Origin: Paraspadella gotoi | Lineage: Eukaryota > Animalia > Chaetognatha | Length of the DNA: 64,000 bases | Direction of reading: 5' to 3' | NCBI GenBank assembly: GCA_051294375.1 | Contig: CM119269.1 | Coordinates: 15,511,918 to 15,575,917, forward strand | In this document: positions 1 to 13,718 of the stretch, piece after piece | How positions within the stretch are numbered: position 1 is the stretch's first letter | Layout: each line of letters starts with the position of its first letter | The notes under the pieces: generated by a model | What the model was told of the DNA's origin: nothing | The model's database searches: none | Seen by the model: only the letters and a program-made list of their open reading frames with translations | Program-made: the position numbers and the translations under genes

Positions 1-2776
1 GAGAGAAGAGAGAGAGAGAGAGAGAGAGAAAAGAGAGAGAGAGAGAATTAGAGAGGATAAAGACCTTTGATTTTCACCCCTCCACCCAAAATAAAAAAAA
101 GAATTAGCGACATCATTTTTGCAAACTAATCATCGCCAACGGAACAAACTTTAAAGCGACGCCAAGGGGACGATCAAATAAACGTTGAAACAAAAGTTAG
201 TGAGCCGGACATATTGAGACGTGACACATTTAGATTGTTAATTCAAAAGGAAACTTTGATCGAGGGCGGGGCGCAAACCCGTCACCTGGACTCGGTTAAA
301 ACTACTGAGAGACATTAGATTAATCGAAAAAGAGACAGGGGGACCGCGCTCCGAAAGACGAACCGAATTCCTTTGCATCTCAGGAAATTAACTTTTTTTT
401 TCCGGCGGCCTTTTTAAGTTACTTATTGTACTATTATTACTTAAAATTATCATTTCATTTGTTTTTTTTTATTCTCTGATTGGAATCGTAACGCGACACT
501 TACTCTGCCGCATCTCGCGACATCTGGAAAGGGAGGTGAACGTCGAATCAAAACGTCCCATGATCAATTAATCATTTAAAAAGAATGAGGAGTATTTTTA
601 AAGGAATCTAATGTCCCCCCACCCCCCTGGTTTCGCTAGCAAGGAATGAGTGATGATGTGCGGGGCAGAGACATGTCCGGCATGGTTGGCCTACCTTTCA
701 ATTTGTGACCCTTGAGACCTAATTAATCGTGTTTGGGTCAACGGTAAGAATGGAAGGATTTTTTTCATTCCAATTTTTTTTCATTTCTTTCTTTCACTAT
801 TTTTTGGGGGGTTTTCGAGCTTTCCTTCTTTTTTTTTTTGGTATTAGTCCCTTACTTCCTTAATATGTGTCTTTCTAGTCTAGTTTTTTACTTTAAATAT
901 TCCATAAAATATCAAAAAATATATCCCGGTGACTTCTACATATATGTACTCCTTAAAAAAAACGTCAAAAGGTCAAACGATTTAAATTCTGTTATTTCTT
1001 CCTCCTCTTCGGACTCGCGTTATCAAAAGACGGAAAACGAATAAAAAAAAACAAAAAAACAAAAAAAAAACAGAGAAAATTAGAGAAGAGAAATTTCGAG
1101 GCACCTGACGCTGAAAGTTAAAAGTGGCAAAGAAGAAGAAGTTAAAGAGAAAAAGAAAGAAAAAAAAAACAACTAGAAAATAGAAAGTTCATTTTTTTCT
1201 TGCGAGTGCGGACTTGGAAAAGGGGATATATCTGTGTACGACCGTTTTGGGGGATTAAGGAGAATTGGGGAAAATTGACAAATGAGAGGGAACGGAAGGC
1301 GGGGAAGGGGGGAAGTGAAAAAAAGCAGGAAGTCGATAAGATGAAAAAAAAGAAAAAAAGAATTAGAGCATAAAAAATCACGTGGCAAGGCTATTTTCAA
1401 AAATATACCGAAGTGCCTGTTGGTCTTTTATCGTTCTTTAATGGCTTCATAAAAATAAAAATTCTCCAAAAATATTAAAAAAGAAGTGAAAAGTTTTTGT
1501 CAAGGTTTTTTTTTTTTTTTTTTTTGTAAGGAAAATGGGAGACGGTTTAGGGGTTGGGATGCGTGGGGGTCATTAGTTGGGTAATTTCATCGGTCAAGCC
1601 GGTAAATAGGTTTGGGTATAGGTGGAAATAGAGAAGTGGTTCAAAAAATGATTAGTAAGAGAGATAGGGTGAGGTAGAGTAGGCTAGACATTTCGATAAT
1701 TATAGATAGAGGATCTGCGGCAAAATCAAGCGCTGAACAAGAAGGCTGAACGCGCGGTAATAATAAAGAAGGAACGAGGAAACGTTAAGTCGAATGAGAT
1801 ATCAGGTTAACCGGTACGAGAGAAAAAAAATCTCGAGTTCTCGTGTTGTTAACCCTTTTTTTTTCTTCTTCCGTGTCTTTTGTTTTTTATTTCTTTCCAA
1901 TTCGAAAGTCATTTTTAAAATTTATTGTCTCTCTGCTCTTCATTTGTCCCATTAAGTTTCTTTCTCCTTTAGTAATCAAATATAAATATTTTGCTCTCTG
2001 CTTTTCACTTGTGACTTCTATGTCATAGTTACATGTAAGATATCATCATCCGAACATTAGAGACGAGGTTTATTAATTAAATTACAATTTTTTAGAAGAA
2101 ATTAGCTAAAAGTGTAGTTTTCATGCTGGAATGAAGAACATATATTTTATAAAAAATCTTATAAAAATTTTTATAAATTTAAAATTTTATTTTATAAAAA
2201 ATATTTTGACAAATAAATAAAATCATAAATAATAGTTATTTTAAAATCTAAAAAAAAAAAAGATAGTGAAACAAGTAATTTTGCAACTTTCATATAAGTA
2301 CGTTTGTATTTATTTCTTTAATAAAACTTTCCAGCACTGCTTCCGAATTTCTTAAGGCACGCGTCCAGGGTGTCCCGACTATATCTGAGTGCAAAGTTAA
2401 AATGTCACAAAAAATACACCCCTGGCTTTAACATAATGCGGCTTTCGTCAGGTGCCTCGTTTTCCGCGGTTTTTAAGCTTTCATCGCCATCGCGGTTAAA
2501 TCGTAGACTTCGGGATTTGGAGGATTTTAATTCACTACGAATCTTGAGGAATTTTATGCTCGCCAATGTTTTGACATTCAATACTTGTAAGTTTTAATAC
2601 GTTTCTAGCGATTTCGTTAGAATTATTTTCTTGCTATAAAGTTTCACTCATTCGGTAAAGAAGGAGTAGCAGCTTGAAACTTGTGATAAAATGTTTTAAT
2701 TTTGTTTTTCAGTTATTTTTTTGGGGTTTCTACGTCGTTTGTTCTATTCTCATCGAAACAAAAGCAAAATCCTTAC

Positions 2777-2915
2777 CGGATTTTCCGGCCCCGACCTCGC
2801 CGAGAAGCGCCAAGTGAAAATCTTCCTTTCCGCTCGAGTTGTTGTTGTGATTATTGTTATGGTTGCCTGGAGACGTCGCCGTCCCGTTACGCGTAACTTC
2901 ACGCTTTCTCGTCAT
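2777..2915 (-). CDS. First coding exon of a Ras-superfamily small GTPase (RERG/RASL11/12-like); remaining exons not found, probably left of the window
   Basis: MTRKREV...KEDFHLALLGEVGAGKS gives a beta1 strand plus GxxxxGKS P-loop, followed directly by a phase-1 donor G|GTAAGG at 2777/2776. Confidence 0.65.
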
Positions 2916-4364
2916 TGTCACTCGTGGCTTTTGAGAATTGAGTTTTCAGACGCAGGGCGCGCGATTCGTTTAACCCAGAGACAAGAGGCTTCGCCAATTT
3001 GTAAAAAATTGTTCGAATTAGCAAACCCACTGCACATGATTTTTGACAGCGTTTGGGTTTTATGCCCCATATCACGCATTTCTTCGGTTTAAGATTTCAG
3101 ACGCCGAACGCGTTGAGTTTTAAACGAAGAGCTCCCTTTTTTTTTTTTAGAAGAGAAGCACACGGAGTGAAAGTTAGCCTAGAGAGCGCAAAGTAGCTCT
3201 CACGGTGAGTAAATTTGGTAAGTTACAAAATATAAACAATGCGGATGGAGAAGGACAAGTCGAGGGAGTTTTAAAAGACGGGATGCTCTGACGAGGTGAG
3301 TTGAAAAATTTGGAAAGAACTGAGTTTTAGATCTTTGCAACGAATAGATTGGAATAGGAGAATACGATCACGCGCACTGACTTCAATATGACCACAAGCA
3401 ATGATTTGACGTCTCATGGTTCGAAGTGAAAACGTTTACACTCTAGATTGAAATCATTGTTTTTTTTATTTTTTTGTTTTTCAAGTGAAATAAAACAATG
3501 ACCCCGATCTTTTCTGTTTGCGACCAAAATCTCTGGCGACAACAAATCAATCGTTCGGTAAGAAAAAGACTTTTTTTTTTTACTTTTCGCATTTATTACG
3601 CAAATTTTAAAGTCAAAGTTGTATAAATTTTACTCGACGTACCGGAGAATAAAAAAAAAGAGTTTCATTTGGAAAAACGAAAAGAGAATTTTTTTTCCGG
3701 AGAAGTTTGCTCGACGCGGCGAAAAAGACGTGGGGAAGGGGGGGGGAGGAAGAGGAGGAGGAGGAGGAGAAGGAGGAAGAGGAGGAAGCAACGAAACTCG
3801 TCTTCCAGTCTTTTCTTCGATTCTTTTCTTTTATTACGTTACTTTACGGCGGTAGCAACCCGCTTTTAACCAAGACCCGCTAATTACGAACACGGTAACT
3901 ATAGCGGATCGTAAAGGCATCTTGGGGTATCACCGTTGATCCGTTGGGCTTTCACCAGGTCGAGAGGAATCTAAGGCGATTAAATATTTTTGGGGTCCGA
4001 GAATTATTTGGTTGTCAAACGTATTGGGACTTCAGTGTTTCGTCCTCGAGAATTATCCTCTTTAATTAGAATTATCGTCATTTGTATAAATGTCAATTAA
4101 AGTTTTAAACAATTACTCCACATCAAATTTGGTCTTTTTTAAAAATATTACCTAAAGAATAAATTGAGTATTAAGATACCTTTATTTACTTTATGCCCCA
4201 TAGTAGATTTAATTTTTTGCTTAGATAAACAGTAGGTATTATCAACGAGAGAATATCACTAAAGTTGTTCATTAATTACTATTTTTCATTCACCAAAGAA
4301 ATAAAAGAGCCTCGTTCTTTCTTCCTTTCTATCGCATGAGAGAACAAATGATACAACTTTTTTC

Positions 4365-4402
<38 letters not shown>

Positions 4403-4934
4403 AGCTGTTTAATCGATTCGACTACTCAGCCGTTTCTCTCTTTTTTTTCATTTTTGTTTCTGCCAAATTCGTAACGCTCTTAGCTTTGACTCTCGGCGAA
4501 GTTCATCCAGACTTCGCTAGTGACTAACAAACAGTTAACACCTACAGCTCGGGGAACAGCGCAGACTGATTCGACTGCTTCTTTCGCCGTCGATTTGTTT
4601 TAGAAAAAGAAATGTGTTGATTTAAAGTCTCTTCCTTTTGTTCGTCTCTCTCTTTGCTGCTGCACTTGGAAATGAAGAATGGCATCGCTCCACTCTGTTG
4701 GAATCTCGACATTTCCGAAAAAAAAAGTTTGTTCTGACAGTGGGAGGAAGAAAAAAACGTTCCTTGCGAAAGTTTAAACTCACTTTTTTGGAACGAAATT
4801 AGGAACGAAATTATTAGCGTTTTGTCAGTAACAAATGGATAGATAAAACAAAAAAATACTTGATATTTATTAAAAATTTGATAAAAATGCAACGAAATTC
4901 GTGAAACGAAAAATCATCGCTAAATTCAAACACA

Positions 4935-6019
4935 ATGGGAAAAAAGAAAGCGAAACCCAAAGGAAAATCGGCGCCGGAAATTCGAACCGGCGTCATTTTC
5001 AGCATCGATCGTCGACCAATGGGAGATCCTGGAGGAGGGGGAGAAACATTTCGACCAATGGGAAGCCGCGACTATGAAGCGAGGGCGTCTGTTGTATCAA
5101 TTACCGACGAGACTGCACCGGAACCGGAATCCACGGCCGACCGACAGAGAATCGCGATTTTGGAGTCCCAGCTTCCCAGCACCATCTACCGGTGATGATT
5201 GAGAGACAACATGTCATATGTTTGAACATCATAAATCGTAGTTATGAAATCAAAGATTGATTTCTGTCAAAAAAATATCCCCAATTTCAATAATTTTGTT
5301 CCCTTTTCCCCCTGCAGCCGCAAAAAGTCTGTCAAACTCAAACCCGCCGTGGACCATGACGACGACGGCGCCGATGAACCTGACGCCGTCGTGTCGACGA
5401 CGCCGATCCGCGACGGCGACGCCGCTGACGCCGCCTCAGCGCCGCTTCGAACCTTGACCCGCGCTGGTTCCGGGGCGCGTCCGCCCTCGGAACTCAATCC
5501 CGATTGGGATCTGATGGACGCCGCTCTCGACTCTGTCACTCGACTGTCTGAGGCAGCGGCTCACGACCGCGTCGCATCCGGGGAGGATGAGAGTCCGGAT
5601 ATAATTGACGGATACCGACATACGGATCCGTTGAGGAGGAGAGCGATGACTATCGACAGAGAAACTATTAAGTAAGATTTTGGCACAAATTGTCTCTAGT
5701 CATCGATTAAATCATTTATAATGTATCAAATCGGTGATAATCATATCCATTATATTAATTACATTGAGCAAATTAATGATATTATTCATATGAATTAAAT
5801 TAAAAGAAATTAATCATATCACTCATACAAATCCATGATTAATAATCTTATCAATCAAATAAATCTTATCAATCAAATAAATCTTACCAATCAAATCATT
5901 TTTATCAATCATATCTATCCTGCAGGCAGAGACGAGAGACTATCCGTGCAGTTCCGATGAGAATTCAAGAGAGGCGAAAAATCAGAGAGGAACTATTGGC
6001 TACGGAACTCAGGTGAGAC

Positions 6020-6084
<65 letters not shown>

Positions 6085-9000
6085 CATTTAAAGAGTGAAA
6101 CAAAATCTTGTTATTTTTTCTTTAGGGCCACAAGACGAGTTCCTCGACCCACAGAAGCTTGCTGCTCGCGCCTGTCGAAAGGCAGCGGAAAAATCGGCTC
6201 CAGAATCAAACAAATTTTCTCAAAGTCAGTCATTACTGCCGCTGACATAAAAAACATTAATAATCATAATAATATTAATAATAATGATAATAATAGTAAT
6301 GATAATAATACTAATGATAATAATAGTGATAATACTAATAGTGATAATAATAATAATTAATATTAAAAATAATAATTAATATTTAGAATAATAATAATAT
6401 TAAAAATAATACGAATGATATAAATGACAAAAAATGATGAAAAATGATTGGCATGATAAAGATAATAGAAATTATAATAATAAAACGATAAAAATAATGA
6501 TAAAATGATAAAAATAATACAAACAAATGAACGCTCGTCCTTCCATTTCCTCAGATCCATCTTGTGGCGATCTCAGCTCCGCCACATCCGCTGCTCCCAC
6601 GGACTCGGCGTCTACTCCTTCTTCCTCTTCCTCCGCTGGCTCCTCCTCCTCAACCTTCTCATCTCCCTCGTCTCCTCCCTCCCCTGGTTCCCTTTCTTCC
6701 TCGGCGTCGTCCTCACCAAAGTGGGCGTGGTCGGGACGGGCGAAGACGTCAGGTGAGGGCGAACGATTTTGTCCAATGTTTTTTGACCGAGAGACTTTGG
6801 GATATATTGGAATGGCATGTCGATTGTTATTTGATTGATTCGTGTTTTTGATTGATATCAAAGCGATCATTGATCAATTGAATTGTAATTTTGTTCATAT
6901 TTGCATGAGTATTTTGAATGATATTGATTTTTTATTGATTAGTTATCGACAAGAGGGTTGGCGTGAGTGATTGAGCGAATTGTGTTTAATACATAACTAT
7001 AAAATTGCCTAAGACCGATAGACCATCTGCTTCCTCAGTTTTGTTTGGATTTGTCTTAAAGGTTCTCCGCCTTTCTCATCAATCCTCTTTGTTCCCCAGA
7101 TTCCGCACCGCACCTCGTATCCTCGACTTCTCCTCTTCCTCCTCCTCTTCCTCCTCCGCCACGCCCCCTCGCTTCCGCTTCGTCGCCGACTGCGCTTCTC
7201 GGCTCGACGACGCCATCAACGCCTCCGACGCCGCAGGAATCGACGCCTACGAACTCGACGTGGCGGCGCTGTACAACCAGATGGCGCTGGTCGATCCGGC
7301 GGCGTCGTCGTGCGAGGCGGCGATGACGCCGCCGTCTTCTCGGGCGCTCGTCTGCACTTTGGAGCGAAAGATGTTGATTCGTCGCAACGAAGAGACGAAA
7401 GATTTGGGATTGAAGATCGTCGATGTTTTTCAGGTCGGTTTACATTTAGTATTTTGCAATGTTGTTTTTTATTTATTTATTTAATATTTAACTTAAAATT
7501 TTTTTTCTTCGATTATGATCTTACTTATGATCAGGGAACGGGCTGGATAAGCGGAACTCATCTCTTTCTCGGCGCCTTTCACAACCTCACTTGGAATTCG
7601 CAGCTGGATTTTTTGGATTTCGGTTCTTCTTTTTTGTGGAATTCAGGTAATAAAGCTTTTTTAATAAGTATTAAAAAAAACACTATTCTTATAAAATTTT
7701 TTGTCTCGTTCTAGGTTTAGCCTCCATCGTCGTCGTCGCCATGACATTTTTAATTTCCTTGGCCCTTACCTTAAAATCCTCGGGGAATTTTCTGTACAAA
7801 AGCTACTTGGAAAGTCAGGGTAAGTTAAGGGTATGTCGCTTCTTTATTTCGTCTACCATTCTCGTACCTTGAAGTGAGCATCTTTTTTCAGGCCAATACA
7901 ACAAATTCACAAACCTGGTTCTTTCCGGTTGGGATTTTGGTGTCAGGAACGAGAAAGCGAAAATGTTCAAACAAACGGAGCTTTATCACCAAGTGAGCCT
8001 GACTGGTTAGAAATGTTCACGTTCGCAGCGACTGCTATTCGTTTCAATCGACAGATGCGGCAAGCGGTGCGCACCTGTCACGTGCGAGAGATCGCTGCAC
8101 GGATGAGCACGTGCGAAAAGTTTCGATTGCACGCGCGTCGTTTCATCGTTCACGTGATTTGCATCATCGTCATCGGCGCTTTGATTTACGTCATCACAAT
8201 CGTCTCCAACTTTTCTCTCAAAGTGAATTGATTGATTGCGTGAATGATTGTATTGACGAAAGATGGATTAAAAGAATGAAATGCCGTTTGATGAACAGCT
8301 TTATTAGACAAATGGTCTTATTTAACGATTTATGAATCAATGAATGAATGAATACAATTAATTTTTTTTGGAATTTAATCGATTTATCGCGGCTTATGAT
8401 CGATTGACTTTTTTTTAAACAACCGCTCGATAAGATACTCGATGCTTTGATTGATTGATCGATCGATCAGGAATCGTCGTCCTACGGCGCTCGCCCCACT
8501 TCAGGCAGCAACTTCTACCTCCTCCTCATCGACTTCCTTCCTTCTCTCCTCATCACCCTCGTCAACTCCATCTTTCCTCCCTTCGTCGATCTCCTCGTCT
8601 ACTTTGAGAAGAGGGAGCCGGATTCAGAGGTGGAGGAAAGGAGAGGGGAGGAAAGGAAAGGAGAGTGGAGGAAAGAAAAGGATAGGGGAGGAAAGGAGAG
8701 TGAAGGAAAGGAAAGGAAAGGAGAGGGGAGGAAAGAAATGGAAAGGAGGGGGAGGAAAGGAAAGGAGAGGCTAAGAAAGGAAAAGGGAGGAAAGGAAAGA
8801 TAGGGGAGGAAAGGAGAGGGGGTGAAAGGAGAGGGCAAGCGTCGGGATATTGAAATATATTATGAAAAAGGTATTGACAGAAAAATAGAATAGATTTGAG
8901 CAAAGAAAATACGCTAAAAGGGTGAAGAAAAACAAACAATTCCACTGAGGAAAAAAAGGCATCTCAGAATAGCAAACGTTGAAAGAATCAAAACAAGCGA

Positions 9001-11067
9001 AGAGAAAAACTGAAAAACTAAACGACAACAATTTCCCTCGTCTACTTTTACTTTTTACCCGCAGGTTATTTTCACGTTAATTCGCACAGTTTTTCTTCGT
9101 CTCTCGTCCGTCTTTTTTCTGGCTGCCAATTTTTATTACCAAGTAAGCAATTAACGCCTCGAATATTTTATATCTTTCTCTCTGTGAACTAAAATTAAAA
9201 AAAAAACGTCTAAAACAAAATAGCATCGATGCGATGAAGTTTTCAATTCCCGCAGATAACTTCGTCGGCTCACGATTCTTGCGGAAACTTGGTGGAGGAG
9301 CGGGGATCCGGCAACAGAACCATCGACTGTTGGGAGAACTACGTTGGTCAGTATTTTTTTGTGTTTCAAGGCCAGGGCTCATTGAACTCACAAAAGAGAC
9401 AGAGAATCACGGATATCAGGGTCTAACGCGGGCATAGATTATTTTTGTACTGTTTGTAACCTCATGTTGCCGTTTGATCAGCCAGAACAGGTCTCATTTG
9501 ATTCGGTAGAAACGTCTCTTTAACATTGCAATGTTTCGTGTCACGTGATTATTGATTATCAGACGACTATCACAGGTTCTCAGATGTGGAAATTGGCGTT
9601 GACGGACGCGTTGGCTCTCTTTCTCAAATCCATGGTGATCGATTCTCTGAAAAGACTCGCGGTGGAGAAGGGAGTCATCGGCAAAATATTTATGCCGGAG
9701 TTTTACATTCCAGGACACGTTCTCGACCTCATGTACTGTCAGGTAAAGGTTAACTCACTCTAAAAGTAAGTCGCGAATCGATTACAGCGCCACGTTTGTG
9801 ATTATTACAGACCCTTTGTTGGATGGGAATGCTCTTTTGTCCGATCATGCCGATTTTCACGACGCTCAAGATTTTTCTCTGTTTCTACTACAAAAGATTC
9901 ACAGTCGACGTGAATTGCGAACCCTCCTCTAAAATCTACCGGCCGGAGAAGTCACAGGTAACTTCACGACGAACCGTCAACTATTGATCATTGATCAAAT
10001 GCGATTGAGCCATTTGAGCTTTGACTTTCCGTATTTTGTCGCAGGCATTTTTTAGGAAATTGCTTCTCGTTTCTCTCTTCGTCTCTTGCGTTCCCGTCTT
10101 ATTTTGCGTAACTCAGGTAATATCGTTAAATATTTTCCTTTGGTTTAAAACTTTAAATCGAAATACTTATGTTAATTAATTAATAAAATACTAGAAACGG
10201 TATTGATAATATATTTTTCCGGCATCCAGATGTCGCCTTCTCATTCGTGCGGTCCTTTCCGCGCCCTGACGACCGGCGACCGAATGTGGAACGTCGTCGC
10301 CGCCAGCGTCTCTGTCGAACTTCCTTTAGAAGTGAGTGTCTGTGAGAAATTGTGATTCGCGTCACAGAATTGTCAGAAATTTAGAATCTAGAATCGACAA
10401 AAAAAATTTGAATTTCATCTACCTTAGCTTAGGTCTTACTCTTACTATTTATTACTTAAATAATTTTATTAACTTAGGTTAAAGAGGCTTTTGATGTGAT
10501 GTTTTCCTCCCTGGTGCTCACAGTCTTCGTTTTGGTCCTCTTTTCAGCTTGGCTTTATTATCATACGAAGGTGAGACATTGTGATGTCCGCTCGTAAAAA
10601 CTGCATCCAATAATCAGAAAAATATTATGAAATAAAAAAATAGAAAACAGTGAAACAAGTAATATTGCAATTTTTCAATTGGAAAAGATAAATTATTACA
10701 TTACAACGTCGGTCGTATTTTTGAATGGAGCTTCCCGTGGAACCTTACTTAAAGAAAAATCAAAGTTCACGTTCTGCGATCGCGATCTGTGATTCCGAAT
10801 TTTGTTTCGATTCTTCCCTTTCGTAACCTTTCTTTCGTTTATTTCAGAGGGCGCATTTTAAATTTCCCTACTCCCCTTCTTTGCCCTTTTGTTTTTCAGA
10901 GCGGCGCGATGGAGGGGATGATGTCGGTGCTGAAGGAAATGTTGGAGCGAGAAGAGGAGAACCGGCGTCACCTCCTTCGTCGGGCGCAGAAGGCGACGAG
11001 GAGGAGGATGAGGAAGAGGAGACCGGAAGCGGAGGACACGTCGGCGTTGAGAAACGATCGCGGGTGA
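4935..11067 (+). CDS. Transmembrane channel-like (TMC) protein, TMC4-8/TMC7-like, multi-exon
   Basis: Spliced exons give TMC motifs: LWRSQLRHIRCSHGLGVYSFFLFLRWLLLLN (~6555-6750), GTGWISGTHLFLGAFHN (~7534), FTNLVLSGWDF (~7900), LPSLLITLVNSIFP...EKREPDSE|VIFTLIRTVFLRL (8471-9142), CWENYVG|SQMWKL (signature, 9325-9595), EFYIPGHVLDLMYCQ|TLCWMGMLFCPIMP...NCEPSSKIYRPEKS (9700-9957). Last exon ~10899-11067. GT-AG junctions. Confidence 0.9.
8630..8835. repeat. Purine-rich GGAAA/GGAGA low-complexity intronic tract
   Basis: Degenerate 5-mer purine repeats directly after a TMC donor site. Confidence 0.8.
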
Positions 11068-13056
11068 CGCCGATAAGTTTGACGTTATTCCCCGTGACCT
11101 GTCCCGACTTCATTTGTCATACCAAAAAAAGCTTAAATGAAATTTACAAAGTCAAAAAAATTGAACCCAATCCCCTTTTTTTTTTCCTAGTCATCGTTTT
11201 TCAGTGACTCAGTAGATTTTATGATAAGCTATTGAATCTCGTTCCCGCAGCTTTAACGGCATTTATGTTATTATCTCCTCAATGCTCATTCTAATTTTTA
11301 TTAAAAGTTATTCTCATTTTTCTTTATCTAATTCGTTTGTGAATTAATTTGAAGGAAGGGCATATAGCGATCGGGAGAGATAGCGTTCGAGATCCTTTGA
11401 GAGATAAAAGCTTTTTTTTTACGTCGGTTTACGTGTCTATTTCCGTGACCTTTGGCAAGGAAAATGTCCTGTATGCGAGGACTAAAAGGGGAATAATTGG
11501 GGTTCAAACGAAGTTGTTTAAAATTAAAAGTTCTTTATTAAATTCTTTCGCTCTGTTCTATTTTTATTATTACCGTAAAATGTTTCCGATTTCTGATCCC
11601 TTGAATTTATCTCAGCGATCTCTGAATTCACCATTCGGATGCACTCAAACAAGGGGCTCGTATTTCCAAAACTTGATCAGCAGGAAATGGATGGAAAGGG
11701 GGTGGGGGCAATAGACCGGAAGAATGATCGCCCGTAATCATTGTGCCGTGGTCGGCGAAACTAAACTTTTAGGAATAGATTTATTCATTGATATTTAAAG
11801 CTAATTTGAATTTTTCAAGGCGACCTTAGTGTTGTTTTGTACAAATCATGCGGACCGAGGTGCGGCCTTGAGAACGAAGCCAAGGCAACCAAAGTTAAGA
11901 GTTGGAATGTTATTTCCTCAATCGCATGATCCGGGGGGAAAGACGAGGACGACGACGACGACACCGTCGTTGACGGGTCAGAAACCTCGTCCTTCGTCGA
12001 ATAGAAAGATCGAGAGATAGAGAGAGAGAAAGAAAGAAAGACAGAGATAGAGAAAACTGGTTCCGGGTTTTTCTGTTTCATTTCGCTTCGTTTTTCTGGT
12101 CGATGTTTTTTAATGAACTTTTTTTTTGAGGTCGAATTCAATTCTCTTTCGATTTATGCTTCTGTTTGTGTCTCATTAGGAGTCGGTCATCGAACAGTCT
12201 AAGTGTAACTGGCGATGAAAAAAAAACCAAGACAACTACGAAAAAAGAACCAGTTCAATACTCGCAAATAATCTATTCGCTATAACTGTCACATTACGTT
12301 TTAATACTTAAATTTTTCTTCGATTTTTTCTCATAATTAAAAACTATTTTAAACAGAGAGAAAAATATTTTTAAACTTTCTGTTCATTTCCTCCTGAAAA
12401 TATTAATCGCATGTTCGTCCAACAGTACTTACTATTTTTGTTTTGTTTACGACCGCATTATAAATGATAATTAAAAAAAAAAAGAAATTAAAAAAGTCTA
12501 AACGAAAGAAGGTTGCGTGAAAATCCAAAAAGGATTTGAAGACGTCGGGCATTACCAATTGCGGCCACTCAAATAACGAATTTTTCAAAAAAACTTTTTT
12601 TTGTGTGATAAGTAAAACGTATATTAATGAAAAACGAGAGTAAAAAGCAATAACGGAGAAAATAACAACAACAACTACATATTTACATTGGCGGAAAAAA
12701 GGTCAGCCATAACAATTTATTCCAGGTCGAATGGTCTAATGGTCATTCTTGCTAACCCCTACGGGTCGCAAAGTAGAAAGACTTCGTCGTCGTCTTCGTC
12801 GTTGCATTCGTCGTCTTCGTTGTCTCCGTCGTCGTCGTCTTCGCTTGAACTATTTGAGCTTCTCAACAGGATAAAACCTGNNNNNNNNNNCGTCGTCTTC
12901 GTTGTCGTCGTCGTCGTCGTCTTCGCTTGAACTATTTGAGCTTCTAAACAGGATAAAACCTGTCGACAAAAGTATTTCTTTCGATATTTTAGAACCGCGT
13001 TTGGCGCGCGATCTATGCCCGTCCGGAAGTAATCTTAGGCCGTAAGAATATTAAAA

Positions 13057-13500
13057 AAAGTTTGAGCAAACAATGCTGGATCCGCAAGTGGCAATTTAGA
13101 GGTAAGCAGCGAATCGGATGATAAGTTATCACTAACCTTGATTTTTTTTATGTAATACAATTTACGTCCAATATTTATTAATTTATCGTTGTTCTTATGT
13201 GGTAGTTATTTTAATTCTGAAGGGAATGGAGGTTGTTGTTGCAACATGCATTTACATTTCGTATAAAAGGAAAAACAAGAAAAGTTAAATCGTTAAGAGT
13301 AATTTTTGTTTTTTCCACTCATTTCCACTGGGACGAAACTTGATTTTTAGCTAATAACATGCTCTCAACCCACACACAAAATTTAAGGTCAATAAACCAA
13401 ACATTATGCCATTATGCCAATGCGTTCGAAGCAAAGGTAGGACGGACAGACAGACGGACAGTCATCGATTTTTTTGTATAATTTATCATTGTAATCGAAG
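13057..13500 (+). mobile_element. Degenerate HINE/DINE-like interspersed repeat (same family as 28633 and 57022)
   Basis: Shares the 5' motif AAGTTTGAGCAAACAATG..GGATC.GC and the internal 'actcatttccact' and 'aaggt.ggacggac..acggacag.catcg.tttttt' blocks with the 28633-29400 copy. Confidence 0.55.
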
Positions 13501-13546
13501 TATTCGAGTATTCGAACTTTCTTTTTGTTGTTTGTGTAAGTTTTTA

Positions 13547-13676
13547 AAGAGAAAACGAAAATTTCGTTATTACAACAAGTAAATTTATTAATTCGGACAT
13601 GTTTCGACTCTTATGTTTTTGCGAGTCTTCGTCAGCAAGTAAATCAACAACTGTACAGTTTCTCAAACATTAGTTT

Positions 13677-13718
<42 letters not shown>

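Noticed and set aside
12782-12962. Direct repeat flanking a 10-N gap (also 58629-58740)
   Set aside because: Typical unmerged contig overlap at a scaffold gap.
11680-13110. ETS-like (CCGGAAG) and nuclear-receptor-like (TCAAGG) motifs as an ETS-gene promoter
   Set aside because: Short motifs expected by chance; no TSS evidence available from the sequence alone.
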